This document shows positions 1 to 12,549 of a stretch of 64,000 nucleotides of DNA, piece after piece. Source of the DNA: Marsupella aquatica (taxonomy: Eukaryota > Plantae > Marchantiophyta); assembly GCA_973895155.1 (NCBI GenBank), contig OZ316891.1:17854095-17918094 (forward strand). Reading direction: 5' to 3'. Position numbers and translations under genes: made by a program. The notes beneath the pieces were generated by a model. That model did no database searches and had not been told where the DNA came from. It worked only from the letters and a program-made list of their open reading frames with translations. The first letter of the stretch is position 1, and every line of letters starts with the position of its first letter.

Positions 1-21
1 GAGTGTAGGGGGCCACAAGAG

Positions 22-590
22 TTATTATTGGCTTCTACTTTAGAATAAAGGTGTTGGGATGCTTCTTAGGATTACTTGTGGAAACATCCCTCCCTTGAGG
101 AATACTCATGTTCTTGGTCACAATTGGTTTTACATACATTCCCTTAACTTGTCAGGATTTTGGTTACCACGGCACTGTCCCTGCTGTTCCAAATAACAAG
201 AGCGGGCAATTTCAAACTTTCCCACAATCTCACTACAATATACGAGGCAACCAGACTTATCCTTATGGGCCACTGTTTCACAATAGTGTGGGGATGTTTC
301 TTAGAGAAGGAGAATCACTCGTGGAAACATGGCTCCCCTGAGGAATACTCATGTACTTGGTCACTTATCATTATTGGCCACTACTTCACAATAGTGTTGG
401 GGTGTTTCTTAGAGAAGGAGAATCACTAGTGGAAACATGGCTTCCCTGAGGAATACTCATGTACTTAGTCACAATTGAGGTTGCATACATTCCCTTAACT
501 TGTCAGAACTGTGGTCAGCACTGCACCGTTGCTGCAGTTCCAAATGAGCAAGGGCACTAGTTTCAGACTTTCTGACAATCTCACTAGTCT
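22..590. repeat. Degenerate tandem duplication (about 3 related units)
   Basis: The block GTGGAAACAT...GAGGAATACTCATGT(A/T)CTT(G/A)GTCAC recurs near 78-121, 321-364 and 429-472. TACATTCCCTTAACTTGTCAG recurs near 135 and 486. Confidence 0.75.
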
Positions 591-1910
591 TCACGCTCGG
601 ACCTTCTGCGTCAATGACATGAGGCCCAAAATCACTAATTATCAAGCGAATGCATTTGGTGAGTCCCTGTGACCCATTCATGTTTCTCAGAAGCATGATG
701 GGTACATGAATCGTAAGATTCAACTTATGTGGACTAAGTATGGTAGCCATTGCTAATGTAGTATAACTATGCAATCTCCACCGATTTTCTATTTTGTTTA
801 TCTGCAGTATTGTCCCTCATGAATTCCATCAGGTTGCGGTTGAACATTCTCATGAACAATATATAAGTGGAAATTTCACCTTCTGTAAAAGCGTCATTCC
901 AACGCTGTACCTCCAGTTTCTGAATCTTTGTTTACATGTGACAATCATTTTCCCACTCATGAGGATTTTCATCTCACCCACTTTGAGAAACAAAACAACT
1001 GCTCTCTTTCAAGGGGATAAAGTATAATGGGCAGCTGTATTCCACCTGGTCCCAGCTGCTGAATTGTAGGGTCTGTGAGCTTTGTACTTTCACCGGATCA
1101 ATCTGATAATCTTGGTCCGGGATGGACTCGGAAGGGCTGGACCCGAAGTTTCTGTGATGTGATCTAGTGCCTCCCAGACAGCATGCAGTCAATTTCCGAC
1201 TTGGCAAGTTTGAAGTAATGATCTATTTACATGTATAAGTTAATCGCAAGAGGTGAACTTGTCAGCGATCACAACTGAGGAAACCCTTGCAGTCGAATAA
1301 CTTCTGTTTTCGACGACTATTGGAGCTTTTCCGTTTCTCCTGGGTGTGTAATACTTTGCAGGCGTAGAACGTTAGAATGAAAGATGGAACAAATTGTAGT
1401 CCAGATAGAGGCCTGGGAAAGAACGAGATGACGGAACAACTAGCAGCAGTCTTTGACAGAAGTTGCCAATTTTGTAACAGACCTGCAAAGGTCGTCAAGT
1501 CAGCTCAGAGATCACCGCAGAGAATTCACCTCACAGGTAACTGGAAAGTAACTCAATACATTTACCGTGTTTGCGTACCCAAACGCACAATTCGGAAATT
1601 GTTTAGTAGTTTTAGTTTTCATCCGCAGACGATCCATATGGTTATTGCCACTATTGAGGGACTAAAACACGCCGCTAAGAACATTTTGCTGGACGGTTGT
1701 AACGGACATTTCCCCCAAAATTGCAGAAATCAATGATCAGTTCGCCCCTATCAAATTGTGCAATGTGGCAATTAATGCTAACATTCAAAAAAGGGAATTT
1801 CAACAGGATTCATACTTTTGGCAATGACTAATTGATCCTTACTAGTTTGGGTTTTGAAAACCACTACAATGAATATTACAAGAGAAATATTAAAGGCTCG
1901 ATATAAAATG

Positions 1911-4900
1911 CTAAGAGGAATCTTTCTGTCTTTGTAGCAGCATACAATAGTCAAATTGCACATCAGATTGGATTACCGTACACCGAGGTTCTGGTAGTAA
2001 GAGAGAGCTCATGTTCAGCTTGAGGAGGTTTCTGCAAATATCAACAAACCAATATTCCATCAAACTTGGCAAACCTCACATATTGAGCATCCGAGGCTAC
2101 CAGAAACCAAGGCATTTGAGGACAGTGGAAAGGCTTTTGGCCCAAATTATACTTGTCACTTTTAAATACAATTGAGCTCGTTCAGCAATCACGCACATAA
2201 ACACACATTTTCACACAAACACACAGACTAGGAACCGAAATGCTCTCTAAATAGGAGACGAAGCACCGTTGTGAACCAAATTTGTACCTTCTATACGCAG
2301 GGATGATATCCCCTGAAATGGGACTCTTAAGGGCCCAACTGAAGAATACATTGTTTCCAAAGAAGTCATATAGTGCAGTGTGCGTTACTCCTGCTTGTTG
2401 CCTGGAAACCATGTCCATGATACTAGTCTCATCAAGCCTTCCATAATAATTTCGCACAATGGAGCCCATACATTTGTCATTTGATGGCTGCTCGTACTGA
2501 TCCACAAAAATTACTCCAGGCAACTCGTTATGGCCAGGCGTGACCGATGTGATCTGCAGAGAGATTAAAATCATTACAGCCAGCCTTAAAAACGATGAGA
2601 TAAAGCTGTGTAAATAGGAAAGGCACTCATTAGATAGCCCCTAAACCCCCTCAATTGAGACAGAGGACGTACCACAGTGAAATTGCTGTCATCATGAAGC
2701 TGAAGTACGTCTGCAGAATAACCGAGGAGGAGAAATTTGTTGTCTTCCAGAGATCCAATGCCAACAAGGATTGGACAAGTACGTGGGGTTTCCATTAGCA
2801 GATTCCACGCTCCTTCAAGATTTTTTGTGAATTGTAAGACGTCCCTGAGAACAAAGTGCCAAGGCATCCCTCTGTGACTGCCGGTACCATTGTAGCCCAC
2901 CCAAGCCTGGAAATCTTTCTAATTGTCAGTTGAACTTTGCAAAGATTCGCAAACTTTGCGTTGCCTCTTGCAACACCCAACAGAAGTGCATGTTGCATAT
3001 ACCAGCAAGAAGGAAGTGCGATACAAAGTAGTCCAAAAGCAGTGTATCAACGGACCTTTTCGGACACTCCAAGGCGACCCGAATAGCCTGAGATGCAGCC
3101 AATAAATCCTGCCCATGTGAAGATAGCAAAGGAATTTCCATCGGAGGGATGGAAGTTGATGACTGAGTGATAATCCAGTAGCGGTGCGCTTATATCCCAG
3201 TCGAGGGCCCTCATCTGGTAAAGACCGCCTAGGATCAACACCACCGACAAATCTTTCAAGTTGAATATAAACAGACCAAACATGATGATATATATTTCAT
3301 GTGGCATTAAACCATTCAATTGTATTTTGAATCGTTTCGCACACACTCGAGAACACAAACTTTGAACAAGGGTAATGTTCATTACTACAAGTTCTACCTT
3401 TCGGAGTTAATGTTGTTGCTGAGCCCCAAGAGCCTAGCATAGAGCAGGAGGCCTGAAAGAGCTCTGGAACCATCTGAATACGAACAACATCTTGATAATC
3501 TACTTCTGCTCCTTGCGAAAGACCCAGCATCTCATCTACAAATCCTGAATGTGACGAAGAGAAAAGGTTTAGCTTTGCCACCAAAACTACAGCCTCGTCT
3601 TTCAGTGCTTGCTGACCACCGTTTTGCACGTTTTTGCACATCATGACTGGGATTCATTCAAAGTTGCTTCAATTTATTTGCCAACAAAGACACTTCTGCA
3701 AGGAAGGTAAACATTGAGGACAAAAGCATAGATAAGATAAACATTCCCAACAGAAAATCAAAGAGAGTAATTCAACCACAACACAACACAACACAACACC
3801 AAAATACCCGCTGTTGACAGAAATTGGCTTTATGTACATAAGGTAAACTCTAGACTGCTGCATGTGTTCTAAGGTGCTCACAAACAGCCGATACATCAAC
3901 TGACTACTCCCACTGTCTTTCATTTCACCAGACACAACAACAATCATGCTCTTGCTCGGGACTACCGAAAGAAAAATGAAACAAGGGTTGAAATGTTGGA
4001 CTAGTCCCATTACGTCCTGGAAGGTACTTTAAAGTCAGAAGAAAGGTTGCATCCAATGCAGCATTCAATGCTAGCCGAGCGATTTTTCTAGCCACATAAT
4101 CTGGCAGCAAAGTCAGGTGCAGGGCGGTGATCCACAGGTTCTCCATATGTCTGCTTTGCAACCACACCGTCTTGAATCAATCCATGCAGTGTATAAAGTC
4201 CTTAATCACAGAACTCAAAGTCAGATCGTCTCTGTCGCTTGCATCTCTTAAGAATATGACTCGCTCAGAGAGCCATAAGTCTAACTAAAAATGTCTTCCT
4301 TATCTATGTGTATAACATCAATTCGTGGGTTTGTAATGAACTAACAAAGTGTGGCATCATGAAAAGGACGGAATTTGTTTCTTAATCCTCTTATGCGCTT
4401 GAATTTTTAGTTTGAAGGGTACGGTATTTGAAATTGCTGAAGGATCTTGTAGGAGGATGTAATTTGTTTGTTTCTTGGTTTTTCAAACCATTTTGTAAGA
4501 AAAAACCTCTGTTGGCAAATTGCGTTATCTGCCGATTAAAGTATATCAAATAATCACAAACTTGGGCCAAGACAGAAAATGACGATTAAAGTCTTACCTG
4601 AAGAGCTCAAGATACATGGATTGAATCTCCACACGAAGGAGGACGCCGTGGGCTCGACCCAACTCAAACGGCGATCCATACAGGTGCAGAATTGGCAGAG
4701 TGTCGCCATTCTCCCCCACTTCGTACCTCTCCCCGCTCCGATCCTCACTTACAAATCTAGGATCTTCGCTCACAATCTTCCCTTCCCAACCCCGCCCAGG
4801 ACACTGCTCCCCAAACTTGGCCTGCGCGGCCCGTGCACCTCTCGTGCAATCAAGCGGCCCACCCCAGACTAGAAGCAGAAGCAGCATACCGCCCATAACA

Positions 4901-4932
4901 CAGAGCAGCATCCCATTCCTCCGAATCTCCAT
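1911..4932 (-). CDS. Dcd1/acid ceramidase-like N-terminal-nucleophile (Ntn) amidase, peptidase C45/NAAA-like, about 470 aa, predicted signal peptide
   Basis: Seven phase-compatible GT-AG exons: 4932-4598, 4150-4014, 3544-3398, 3228-3056, 2906-2673, 2553-2288, 2031-1911 (1413 nt). Motifs: LHLYGSPFELGRAHG, PELFQAS|CSMLGSWG (putative autocleavage site and nucleophile Cys), QMRALDWD, WAGFIGCISG, LGVSEK, GMPWHFVLRDVLQF, AYRRNLLKLNM. Hydrophobic N-terminus. Confidence 0.85.
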
Positions 4933-5299
4933 GATGACTGCCTTGGCCCTCTTCCTCTCCTGAAGTTCAATTGTCCCTTTCAGTCACACGCTGCGATCTG
5001 AATAGAGCAGCAGGCTCTGCAAACCACCGCCCTTCCCCTCTTCCATCATTGTATAACTCCAAGTGGGATAGCTTCAATCCTGCTCTTCCTGGTTTTATCT
5101 GCCGTGGCCATCAAGAGAAGCAAAGCAATGACTCAGAAGAAAGAGAAGTTGCCAATTTGACACTATGCTTGAGGTGGCCACGATCACCAGTACAAGCACG
5201 CAAGATGCCCATCAAAGGGGAACAATACGGAGTCTCCCTCACAAATCGTTTTGTCGAGGAAGGACTTTGACGTTGAGTTTAGTATAAAAAATATACACA

Positions 5300-5820
5300 T
5301 ATTTTATATAGAAAAAGGCCAAATAGAGTACAAAAGAATAAACAAGAGAGGTCCCAAGTGGACAAAACCAAACGCAAAAGAAGTGAGCAAAAGGAAACCC
5401 TAAAAACCAAGAAAGAGGAACTAAAAGAAGTGAGCAAAAAGAAACCCCTAAAAACCAAGAAAGAGTAACTAAAACTAACGCAAATGGACCGAGGTCCTCA
5501 TCATACCTAGCAAATCTGGCAACAAGCTAGTGGTCTACATCAAGTGTCAAAACTAGATCGGCAAGTGGGACAGGAATGTCCTCTAGGGGGGCTAGCCGCT
5601 GCGGAGTCACACTAGCACCCACTATCAGAGATCGATGATAGACGGCCCGAGCTTGAGCACGCTGTAAGGTGACTGAAATGCGTTGGCGAAAGTGCGTGGT
5701 CAAAACAGATAGCGGGGGCCCGGTGGGACCCATCCGGCCGTGAACATCCCGAGTAGCTTGGCGAAGAAGCCCGTCGAACTGATGATGGAGACGCCCAAAT
5801 ATCTCAAGAGCAAGGGGCAT
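5300..5820 (-). mobile_element. 5'-truncated CRE-type (restriction-like endonuclease) non-LTR retrotransposon, 3' fragment
   Basis: ORF 5527-5820 reads PLALEIFGRL...HFRQRISVTLQRAQARAV, the C-terminal RLE tail typical of CRE-clade elements. It is followed on the minus strand by a pyrimidine-rich 3' UTR ending at a TA-rich tract. Confidence 0.7.
5376..5474. repeat. About 48-bp tandem duplication in the retroelement 3' UTR
   Basis: AAAAGAAGTGAGCAAAA(G/A)GAAACCC(C)TAAAAACCAAGAAAGAG(G/T)AACT occurs twice. Confidence 0.85.
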
Positions 5821-6839
5821 TATTGTTATTCTATTCTATCCACTCGGGCATGACGGTCTGGCCCCCGCCTGGATCGGGAGATGGGGTGAGGTGAGGTCAA
5901 TGGTGTACGCGTGTTAATTGCACATAAATAAGTAGAAGCCACATAACTACTTAATTAGAATGAAAATCATGAATCTATCTATCTATTGCCTTTTGTCCTC
6001 ACAGTGTGCTTGCAAAATACACTCTTGGAGTGAACTCATTATGACCCTTGGATTTAAAGCTCAAATTTTCCTGCTCGTCAGATTTATGTAAGGAAGAATA
6101 GAAGAGTTTGTTCTAGCCTGAGGCACTACACTACTGGGCTTCCACCCACACCTAGACTCATACACTAACATAAAAAAAAGTTCATTCTGAATTGAGTATG
6201 ACTTGACATGTGGCTATCGTGGGTAGGTGGGTCTGCCAAGAAAATCTAAGTAGACCCCACATTACATTTGGACACATGATTGCCCCATTCACATAAAATA
6301 AAGACTGAAAACAATATTTTGAGTTCAAAAGGGATTATTTATAAAAAAGTGAATTTTTTAAAGTCTATTGGGAGTAGATCAAGAATATTTATTTTTTGTA
6401 TTCTCTCTATGAAATATTTCTTTCCAAGTTACATTAACACTCAATCCTATATTCTTTTGTGCAATAACCTTATTGACCAAAGACACAATGGTCTCAAGAA
6501 TAAAATGAAATGGCTGGTTGTAATGACAATTGTGCAATGTCAGGGCAATGGGTTTGTATATTTGTCATATTTTAAATCCCATTATACAAAAAGATCCCAT
6601 CTCAAAGCTTTTTTGCAATTGACAAAGGTGGAAAAGGAAGGAACAAACCAGTATCATGGAAGGAGAGAAAAGGGAGGGCACAGAAGAGGAGAAAAACATT
6701 TCTCTATCAGCAGAGGGTGACCGCACTTGACTCTGTGACACCCCAGCCACCACCCCCTCTCTTGCATTCCCTCCCGCGCTCTTGCCCTCCCCCACAACAA
6801 TGCTTTCACAATAACACTTTGGGACATGCTTTGCCTCAA

Positions 6840-7203
6840 TATGTTTGCCTTGATTTGACAATTTTTCTTGCCTTGACATATTTTTCTTATCTTGACATCT
6901 TTTTATCTCCTCAACATCTTTTTCTCACCTTGATATATTTTTTTCATCTTGACATATTTTCTCGCCTTGACATCTTTTCCACACCTCAATGTCATTTTTC
7001 ACGTTCATTTGACATTTTTTATTCACCTTGACATCTTTCCTCTCCTTTATAGTTTTTCTCTCCTCAGCATCTTTTTGTCATTTTCACATCTTTTCTCTCA
7101 TTGACATGATTTCCTTACCTTAATATCATTTTCTCATCTTGACATTTTTTCTTTCATTGACACTTTTTCTTTCACCTCAATATCTTTTTCTCTCAACATC
7201 TTT
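6840..7203. repeat. Degenerate ~19-bp minisatellite (consensus about TTTTCTCACCTTGACATCT)
   Basis: Periodic CTTGACAT / CTCAACAT units separated by T runs. Confidence 0.75.
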
Positions 7204-7796
7204 TGTGGAACATATGGACATTGGGCTACCTACTTCTATAATATGCAATGCTGCCAAAAAGTTCTTTTGTCTACTTGCAAATTCAGAAATGGAGGGAACA
7301 AACCTGAGCCGTTAGATTGTTTTAAAGATTTTTGTGCTCTTGTATTGATTGACTGGGTATGTCAAATGATATGCTTATTTTAATAACAAAATACTGAGTA
7401 GACGAGATGATACTTACCTGACATCTTAATATCAGATTCATGATATTTATCTGACATCACCTCAAATGTGTCATTTTTTTCAAGTATGAAAATACACAGG
7501 TTGGAAGGAGAATCTTTTGGGGCATCAGAAACTTTTTGGATTTTTGCATAGAGTACGAGTATGAGACTCTAGAAGGAAGAAAAATGGGTTAATTTTGCTT
7601 TTCACTACCTTTTTTCTTCTCTGTATTTGATTGTGCATATTTTTTTTATTAATGGTGCCAAAGTAAGCAATGAGGGGGAGGAATGGAGTGGCAAAAGTGT
7701 GAAAAAATAGGAAAAAGGGGGAGAGAAGCCCTCAGAACTCACTCCATCCAGGGGTCTGGACGGTCTGCCCTAAACTGGGCTCTTCCATAGGCTCTT

Positions 7797-8040
7797 CCCA
7801 TGACTTGACCAGCTCCCAATGCTAGTCTAAGTCCTTTGTGTGCGCCACCAACTCAGCGCATCACCTTTGCTAGTTCAACATTTCATTGTCCACAAGTTCC
7901 TTATATGCATAGTCCCCATTGGATGGCCGTTCGGGAGGCCTGGACCATAGAGGAGCTTGACGTTGGAGTCAGCAACATTGGAGCTAAGTCAAGTTGTAGG
8001 GTAGTCAAGTTCCGCGACTTGCACCCCCCCTTAAAATGGT
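7797..8040 (+). repeat. Dispersed repeat copy A (probably retroelement-derived)
   Basis: CCCATGAC...CCAGCTCCCAA(T/C)GCTAGTCTAAGTC...CATTGTCCACAAGT...TAGTCCCCATT(G)GATGGCC...AGTCAGCAACA is shared with 17551-17805. Confidence 0.75.
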
Positions 8041-8426
8041 CAACGTCCGGGTGACCCAGTATAGTTCCAACATGCCTTGACCACTTTGAGTCTTAAAAAC
8101 ATATATGTGAGGTAACAAGTGGTTAGCCCATAAGGCTCATATATGCAAACCGAGTTGGAGTGCGCATTGTAGACATAGGAGATTCCAACCAGTCTAACTT
8201 ATCCAAGTTGGACACCGGTTTGTGTGAGTAAGCCAACTCCAAACTTGTGGAACCCATTGTTCTCTACTCGGGGTACAACTTTTAAGTTTGAACAAACCTG
8301 CCCACAAATGTGTTACCAGTACCTCAAACTTCAAGTCACAAAAAGCAAATTGGCTGCCCAACAGCCACTAGCACCTACGCAATCCAAACCTTATCCTCAA
8401 GAGGCCGAGAGGAGTGAAACTATATA

Positions 8427-9590
8427 GGTGTTGAGCATGGGCTTTTGCCTTTCCAGGTTCAGTTGCGCCATGCTCGGTCATTGTTACCTGAGATTGTGCA
8501 AGCTACTGTTCCTGCTTGTGTGGGTTGTCTTGGACAGCATGAATTGTGTTCAACAGGTGATTTTTGAACGCATGCGTCGTCACTCCCTTCCCAGCATGCT
8601 CTCTGATGCACCTTTGGACTCCATTTGAACTTGACACTTATCTTGTTCTAGTTTGGGATCTGGAGCCTGGCTATTCACTAGTCTCTTAATTATGGGACCA
8701 CTGCTTGTATGAGCTCCTTTCTCTTCACCACGTCTCCTTGGCCAACCCACATGTGTCCTTGGCCAACCCACATGCGTCTGTGGGGCAACATTTTGGACCC
8801 TAGGGGTGTTTGTATTCTTGGGTGTGGCCACGGGAGCGAGCCAAGGACTACTCACAATGACATCCATGATGTGGTGGCAGCCATTTTCCAGGACTCTGGC
8901 GATGTTGCTATGGAGCAACGACATGTTCTTCCCCCTAGGGATGACATTCCCAACTTACGGCAAGCAGACATGGTGTTTTCTCGGGCTGGAGTACGTGCCC
9001 TTGGCGTTGTGGTGGTACGTGACTGATCCCACTAACGTGAGCGGGAACGTGAGCAACATTGCGGTTGCCGCCCATGTTCCTGGACATACTGCAGCCAAGG
9101 CTGCTTGGTTGAAGGAGGAGGCATATTCCATTCGCTTCCCAAGGGATCTGTTTTACCCTTTTGCTCTCGAGGTTTTTGGTGTTCTCCACCCTCGGGTCAA
9201 CCAGTTTCTTTGAACTTGTGCCATTTTTTGTATCAAGCGGAGGCCCTTTCCCCCTTTTTTCTGTTCTCACGGCCTTTTTTGACAGAGGGTTTTGGTGGCA
9301 CTTTAGAGGGCTCAGGCTCACCATTCTTCCCCTTGCCAAGTTTATTGGTTTTAGGGACTCTAGACAGATTCCACTCCATGACCCTCTTATGTGGTTTACT
9401 CCGGAGCTCTATCACTTCTTTGCTCAATGGGATCTTAGATCTTAGTTTGCTTCTTTGTGACTCTTTTGTTGTTGTGGGGGACTCACTGGTGGCCTTCCTG
9501 GCCTTCTTGGTCTTTCCCTTTCCCGCTCCCTTTATTAAGGCTTTTTGCCTTTGGGATCATATCTCCTTGTTTGGCGTTTTTGTCTTGTTA
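8427..9590 (+). mobile_element. Decayed 5'-truncated CRE-type non-LTR retrotransposon (CCHC knuckle plus RLE endonuclease region)
   Basis: Frameshifted pieces: LPFQVQLRHARSLLP, SGAWL, GCGHG...THNDIHDVVAAI, RQADMVF, AAKAAWLKEEAY, FYPFALEVFGVLHP. Pyrimidine-rich 3' UTR ending at TATATA. Confidence 0.7.
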
Positions 9591-9752
9591 TATATACTCT
9601 CATTGTGAGAAACGGTGAACTGCAGCAGCCCGGCTGGCAGCTGAAGCCCGATCCTGGCTAATTCTACGACCAAGAAGCCAGGATCGGGCTTCAGCTGCCA
9701 GCCGGGCTGCTGCAGTTCACCGTTTCTCACAATGAGAGTATATATAACAAGA
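9583..9752. repeat. Perfect inverted repeat (77-bp arms, 16-nt loop)
   Basis: 9583-9659 is the exact reverse complement of 9676-9752. The loop is AATTCTACGACCAAGA. Confidence 0.95.
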
Positions 9753-9915
9753 TAAAAAGTGGGAGCGGTGACAATCTGAAGATAAAAAATGTCGCGATTG
9801 CAGGAACGAAGAGGTGATTGCCCCTGACCGTACCACACTGGCGGTGGCGAACCCCTGACGGCCAGGGGTGGAAGACTGGTGGATCACCGCCAACTTTGCT
9901 GCCTAATGCTCGCCA

Positions 9916-9982
9916 AATTTGGCGGAGGATCCAGCTGCAGGTGTAATTTGGCGGAGGATCCAGCTGCAGGTGTAATTTGGCG
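9916..9982. repeat. 29-bp tandem repeat, 2.3 copies
   Basis: AATTTGGCGGAGGATCCAGCTGCAGGTGT occurs twice, followed by AATTTGGCG. Confidence 0.9.
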
Positions 9983-11309
9983 AAAATTTGCATCTAAAAC
10001 ATTCGGTGACTGGAGTTCCCACTGGACCGGACAAATAGAAGGATTTGTAGTACACGATCGCATCGAATGAACAAGATAGGCAATTATGTTGCCTTCTGCG
10101 AGGCAGGATGGCTAAATTCTAAAAGACGGCATGGCCAAATTCGCATGATCCAACCTTTCTTTTTCCCGATTTGGCCTCGAGCTTGCGAGGTGACAAACTA
10201 GCTCTGTGATCCAAACGAATAGACCCAAGCGAGGAAGGAATGAAAGACAGACGGTATGAAGCAATGATTGGGCAGAGGAACTGGGCGATTTCGACCCCTT
10301 TGCTGTGCTCTACTAGTATGATGTGCATATTAGCTGAGGAAAGGAAACAGCTGGAGATCAGGAAGGAGAGACTATTGGTGGCAAGGGAGGTTGGACGTGT
10401 ATGGATCGTAGTGTATAGGAAGGAAGGAAGAAACGTTAGGAAGGATTTTTCCACATAATTTTGATAAGAAGGACGAAGGAAGAAAGGAAGTAATGAGGGG
10501 GGATCGAGCAGGTACTGTGGAAGGAAAAACTCCGATGAGAAACCAATTTCTTAATGAAGAGCATGCGTGCTTGACAAGAGTCAGGTGGATTTAGGCTGAT
10601 CTTGTCAGCTTCGGTATAGCAGCGCCTCTGAGAGAAATGCTAAGTTGTAACGATCTAATCAGGTTTACCTCATGAGCTTCTAGTGGGGAAAAATTAGGAG
10701 CAGGAGCGGGTGTGGCAGAACACCATCGGAAGAATAAGATGTAGAGAGGACGGGGACCCACCTATTGAAGACAGACATACAGACGGGCTTCTCAATTAAG
10801 GATGACCATTCCCTGTGATTAACAGAAAAGGAGAGTATCGGAGGTTGGAGCGTGGACTAGAAGCTGTGATACAGGATGGGTGCGTTATGCTCGTGCTGTA
10901 GAGGAGGTGGAGTGCTCGAGGATGGCCAAATGGAGATGGCCCAGCAGCAGGGCAAAGCAGGCCAACCTGCTCAGCAACGGTGAACTTCAATGGCTGCTCT
11001 GCCCGTGTGTCGATGTGGATTTTTGTCTATGTGATGAAAGTCTGGACGTCAAAGTCGATCAGCTCTCGATACAGTCGATTCAGTTCTTTGCCTGCTCTTA
11101 ACGTTGCCATCTTCCCCTTCTGTGCTTCCCTTGACCCTTAGAATGTCTTATGTGGATTGAGTCAAGCAAGGGTTTGTAGGCTCTGAGACAGGATAGTAAG
11201 TTCTGAACACTGGACGATTGTTACGCCCGAGTCTTCGTCTTTCCATGTCTCTCCCATTTTAGCTAATCCTATGCGAATTCGGCTTGTCTTCATGTTTTGC
11301 CCATATCAG

Positions 11310-12549
11310 GCGAAAACGGACTTCGAAGGCGGAGACAGCGGAGGATCGAGCTAAGACGGAAGAAGTGAAGAGGCAAGCCGGGCTTGCTGCACAACGGAGG
11401 TACGTCACGGGATTTCTCGTGTTTCAGATCCGTCAGTTTGCTTACAGGCGTAGCACTCCGCTTGTGTGTATTCCAAGGAATTTCTCACTGGTGGATTTTA
11501 CGTGTCAACTCGAATGCCTTCTACCGAAATCCTGACCTCTACCTGTCCTGAGGAAATAAATGTGTACTGAAAGCCTCGAATCTTAAAGGCTCACCATATC
11601 ATAGTGCACACAGTTACATATCGCAACTCCTCTGGAAAGGTAATGTAATGCTCTGAAAAGAGTGTTTAGTGCTCAGACTAAAAGAATGCGTTTTTAACAA
11701 AGGTGTTTGGAATTAGCAATGTGAGTGAGAGTTAAGAAGTTTCCAAGGAACCACACCAATCACATGTACTTTCCCAAAACCACGCCAATCACACGTACTT
11801 TCCCCTGAAGTATTCTGATTTGTGTTTGTCTCCCGTAAGCTGGATTGGGAGCAAACTGTCCACTGGACGACGAACAATTGGACCTGCTTTGAATTCTGAT
11901 TGGTCTTTTTCACTCCTTTAGCACTCCTTGTTGAGTACTAGCGGATGACATTGTTTCCAGTGTTTGATTCATGTAGCCGTCATAGTCCGACAGGTTAAAA
12001 CCACTCTCACTGATACTATAAGGCAGCAAACTTGGTGCACACTGAGTTGTGGGGTTCGAGTGCTTTGTGACTAACGTTGATATGTGGTGGTAGTATGGCA
12101 GACTTACTAGGGTTCAAAGTAGCTTTAGCACACATCTTGGGCTGCAATCGTATCTGGCCAGTATCCATTTTTTTCGACATTGGTTGACTTGCCGAGTCAC
12201 TCTTACCACATGTGTTGTTGATGACAGGGAGGAGGCTTTTGACAAAACAGCAGTAGGGCGTGCTGCAAGGAAGGTAGCAGCAGATCTAGCGAAGCCAGCA
12301 CCGCCGCCCAACAGAGGGGAGCCTGCACTTAGGGTACTGCACATCTTCCCAACCTTAGTAGCTGTTAGGTCTTTGCAGCCTCTCTGTGCAAGTATGAGGC
12401 ATTTGTACCTCGCCTAGCACTAGTTCATTTTCCTATACAGCGCATGGTAATCATCAGACTTGAAATGAGCTCCATAGATATGGAATTACGACCTTCTTAG
12501 CTTTACACACCAGATCTGCTTGGCTGGTTTGCAGTGGCAAATGGGATGA
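11310..12549 (+). CDS. Small VCP/p97-interacting protein (SVIP)-like plant protein, copy 1; 5' end not resolved
   Basis: Exons (11310 or 11263)-11399, 12228-12333 and 12535-12549 with phase-compatible GT-AG junctions. They read EEVKRQAGLAAQRR/EEAFDKTAVGRAARK...NRGEPALR/WQMG*, the conserved plant SVIP-like C-terminus. Confidence 0.75.

Noticed and set aside
22-590. Repeat-spacer-like pattern suggestive of CRISPR
   Set aside because: Units are long, degenerate and irregular, the context is eukaryotic, and there are no cas genes.
469-1500. Possible minus-strand gene exons
   Set aside because: No recognisable domain and no consistent exon chain could be built.
6124-6140. CACTACACTAC resembling a CACTA terminus
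   Set aside because: No matching inverted end, TSD or subterminal repeats.
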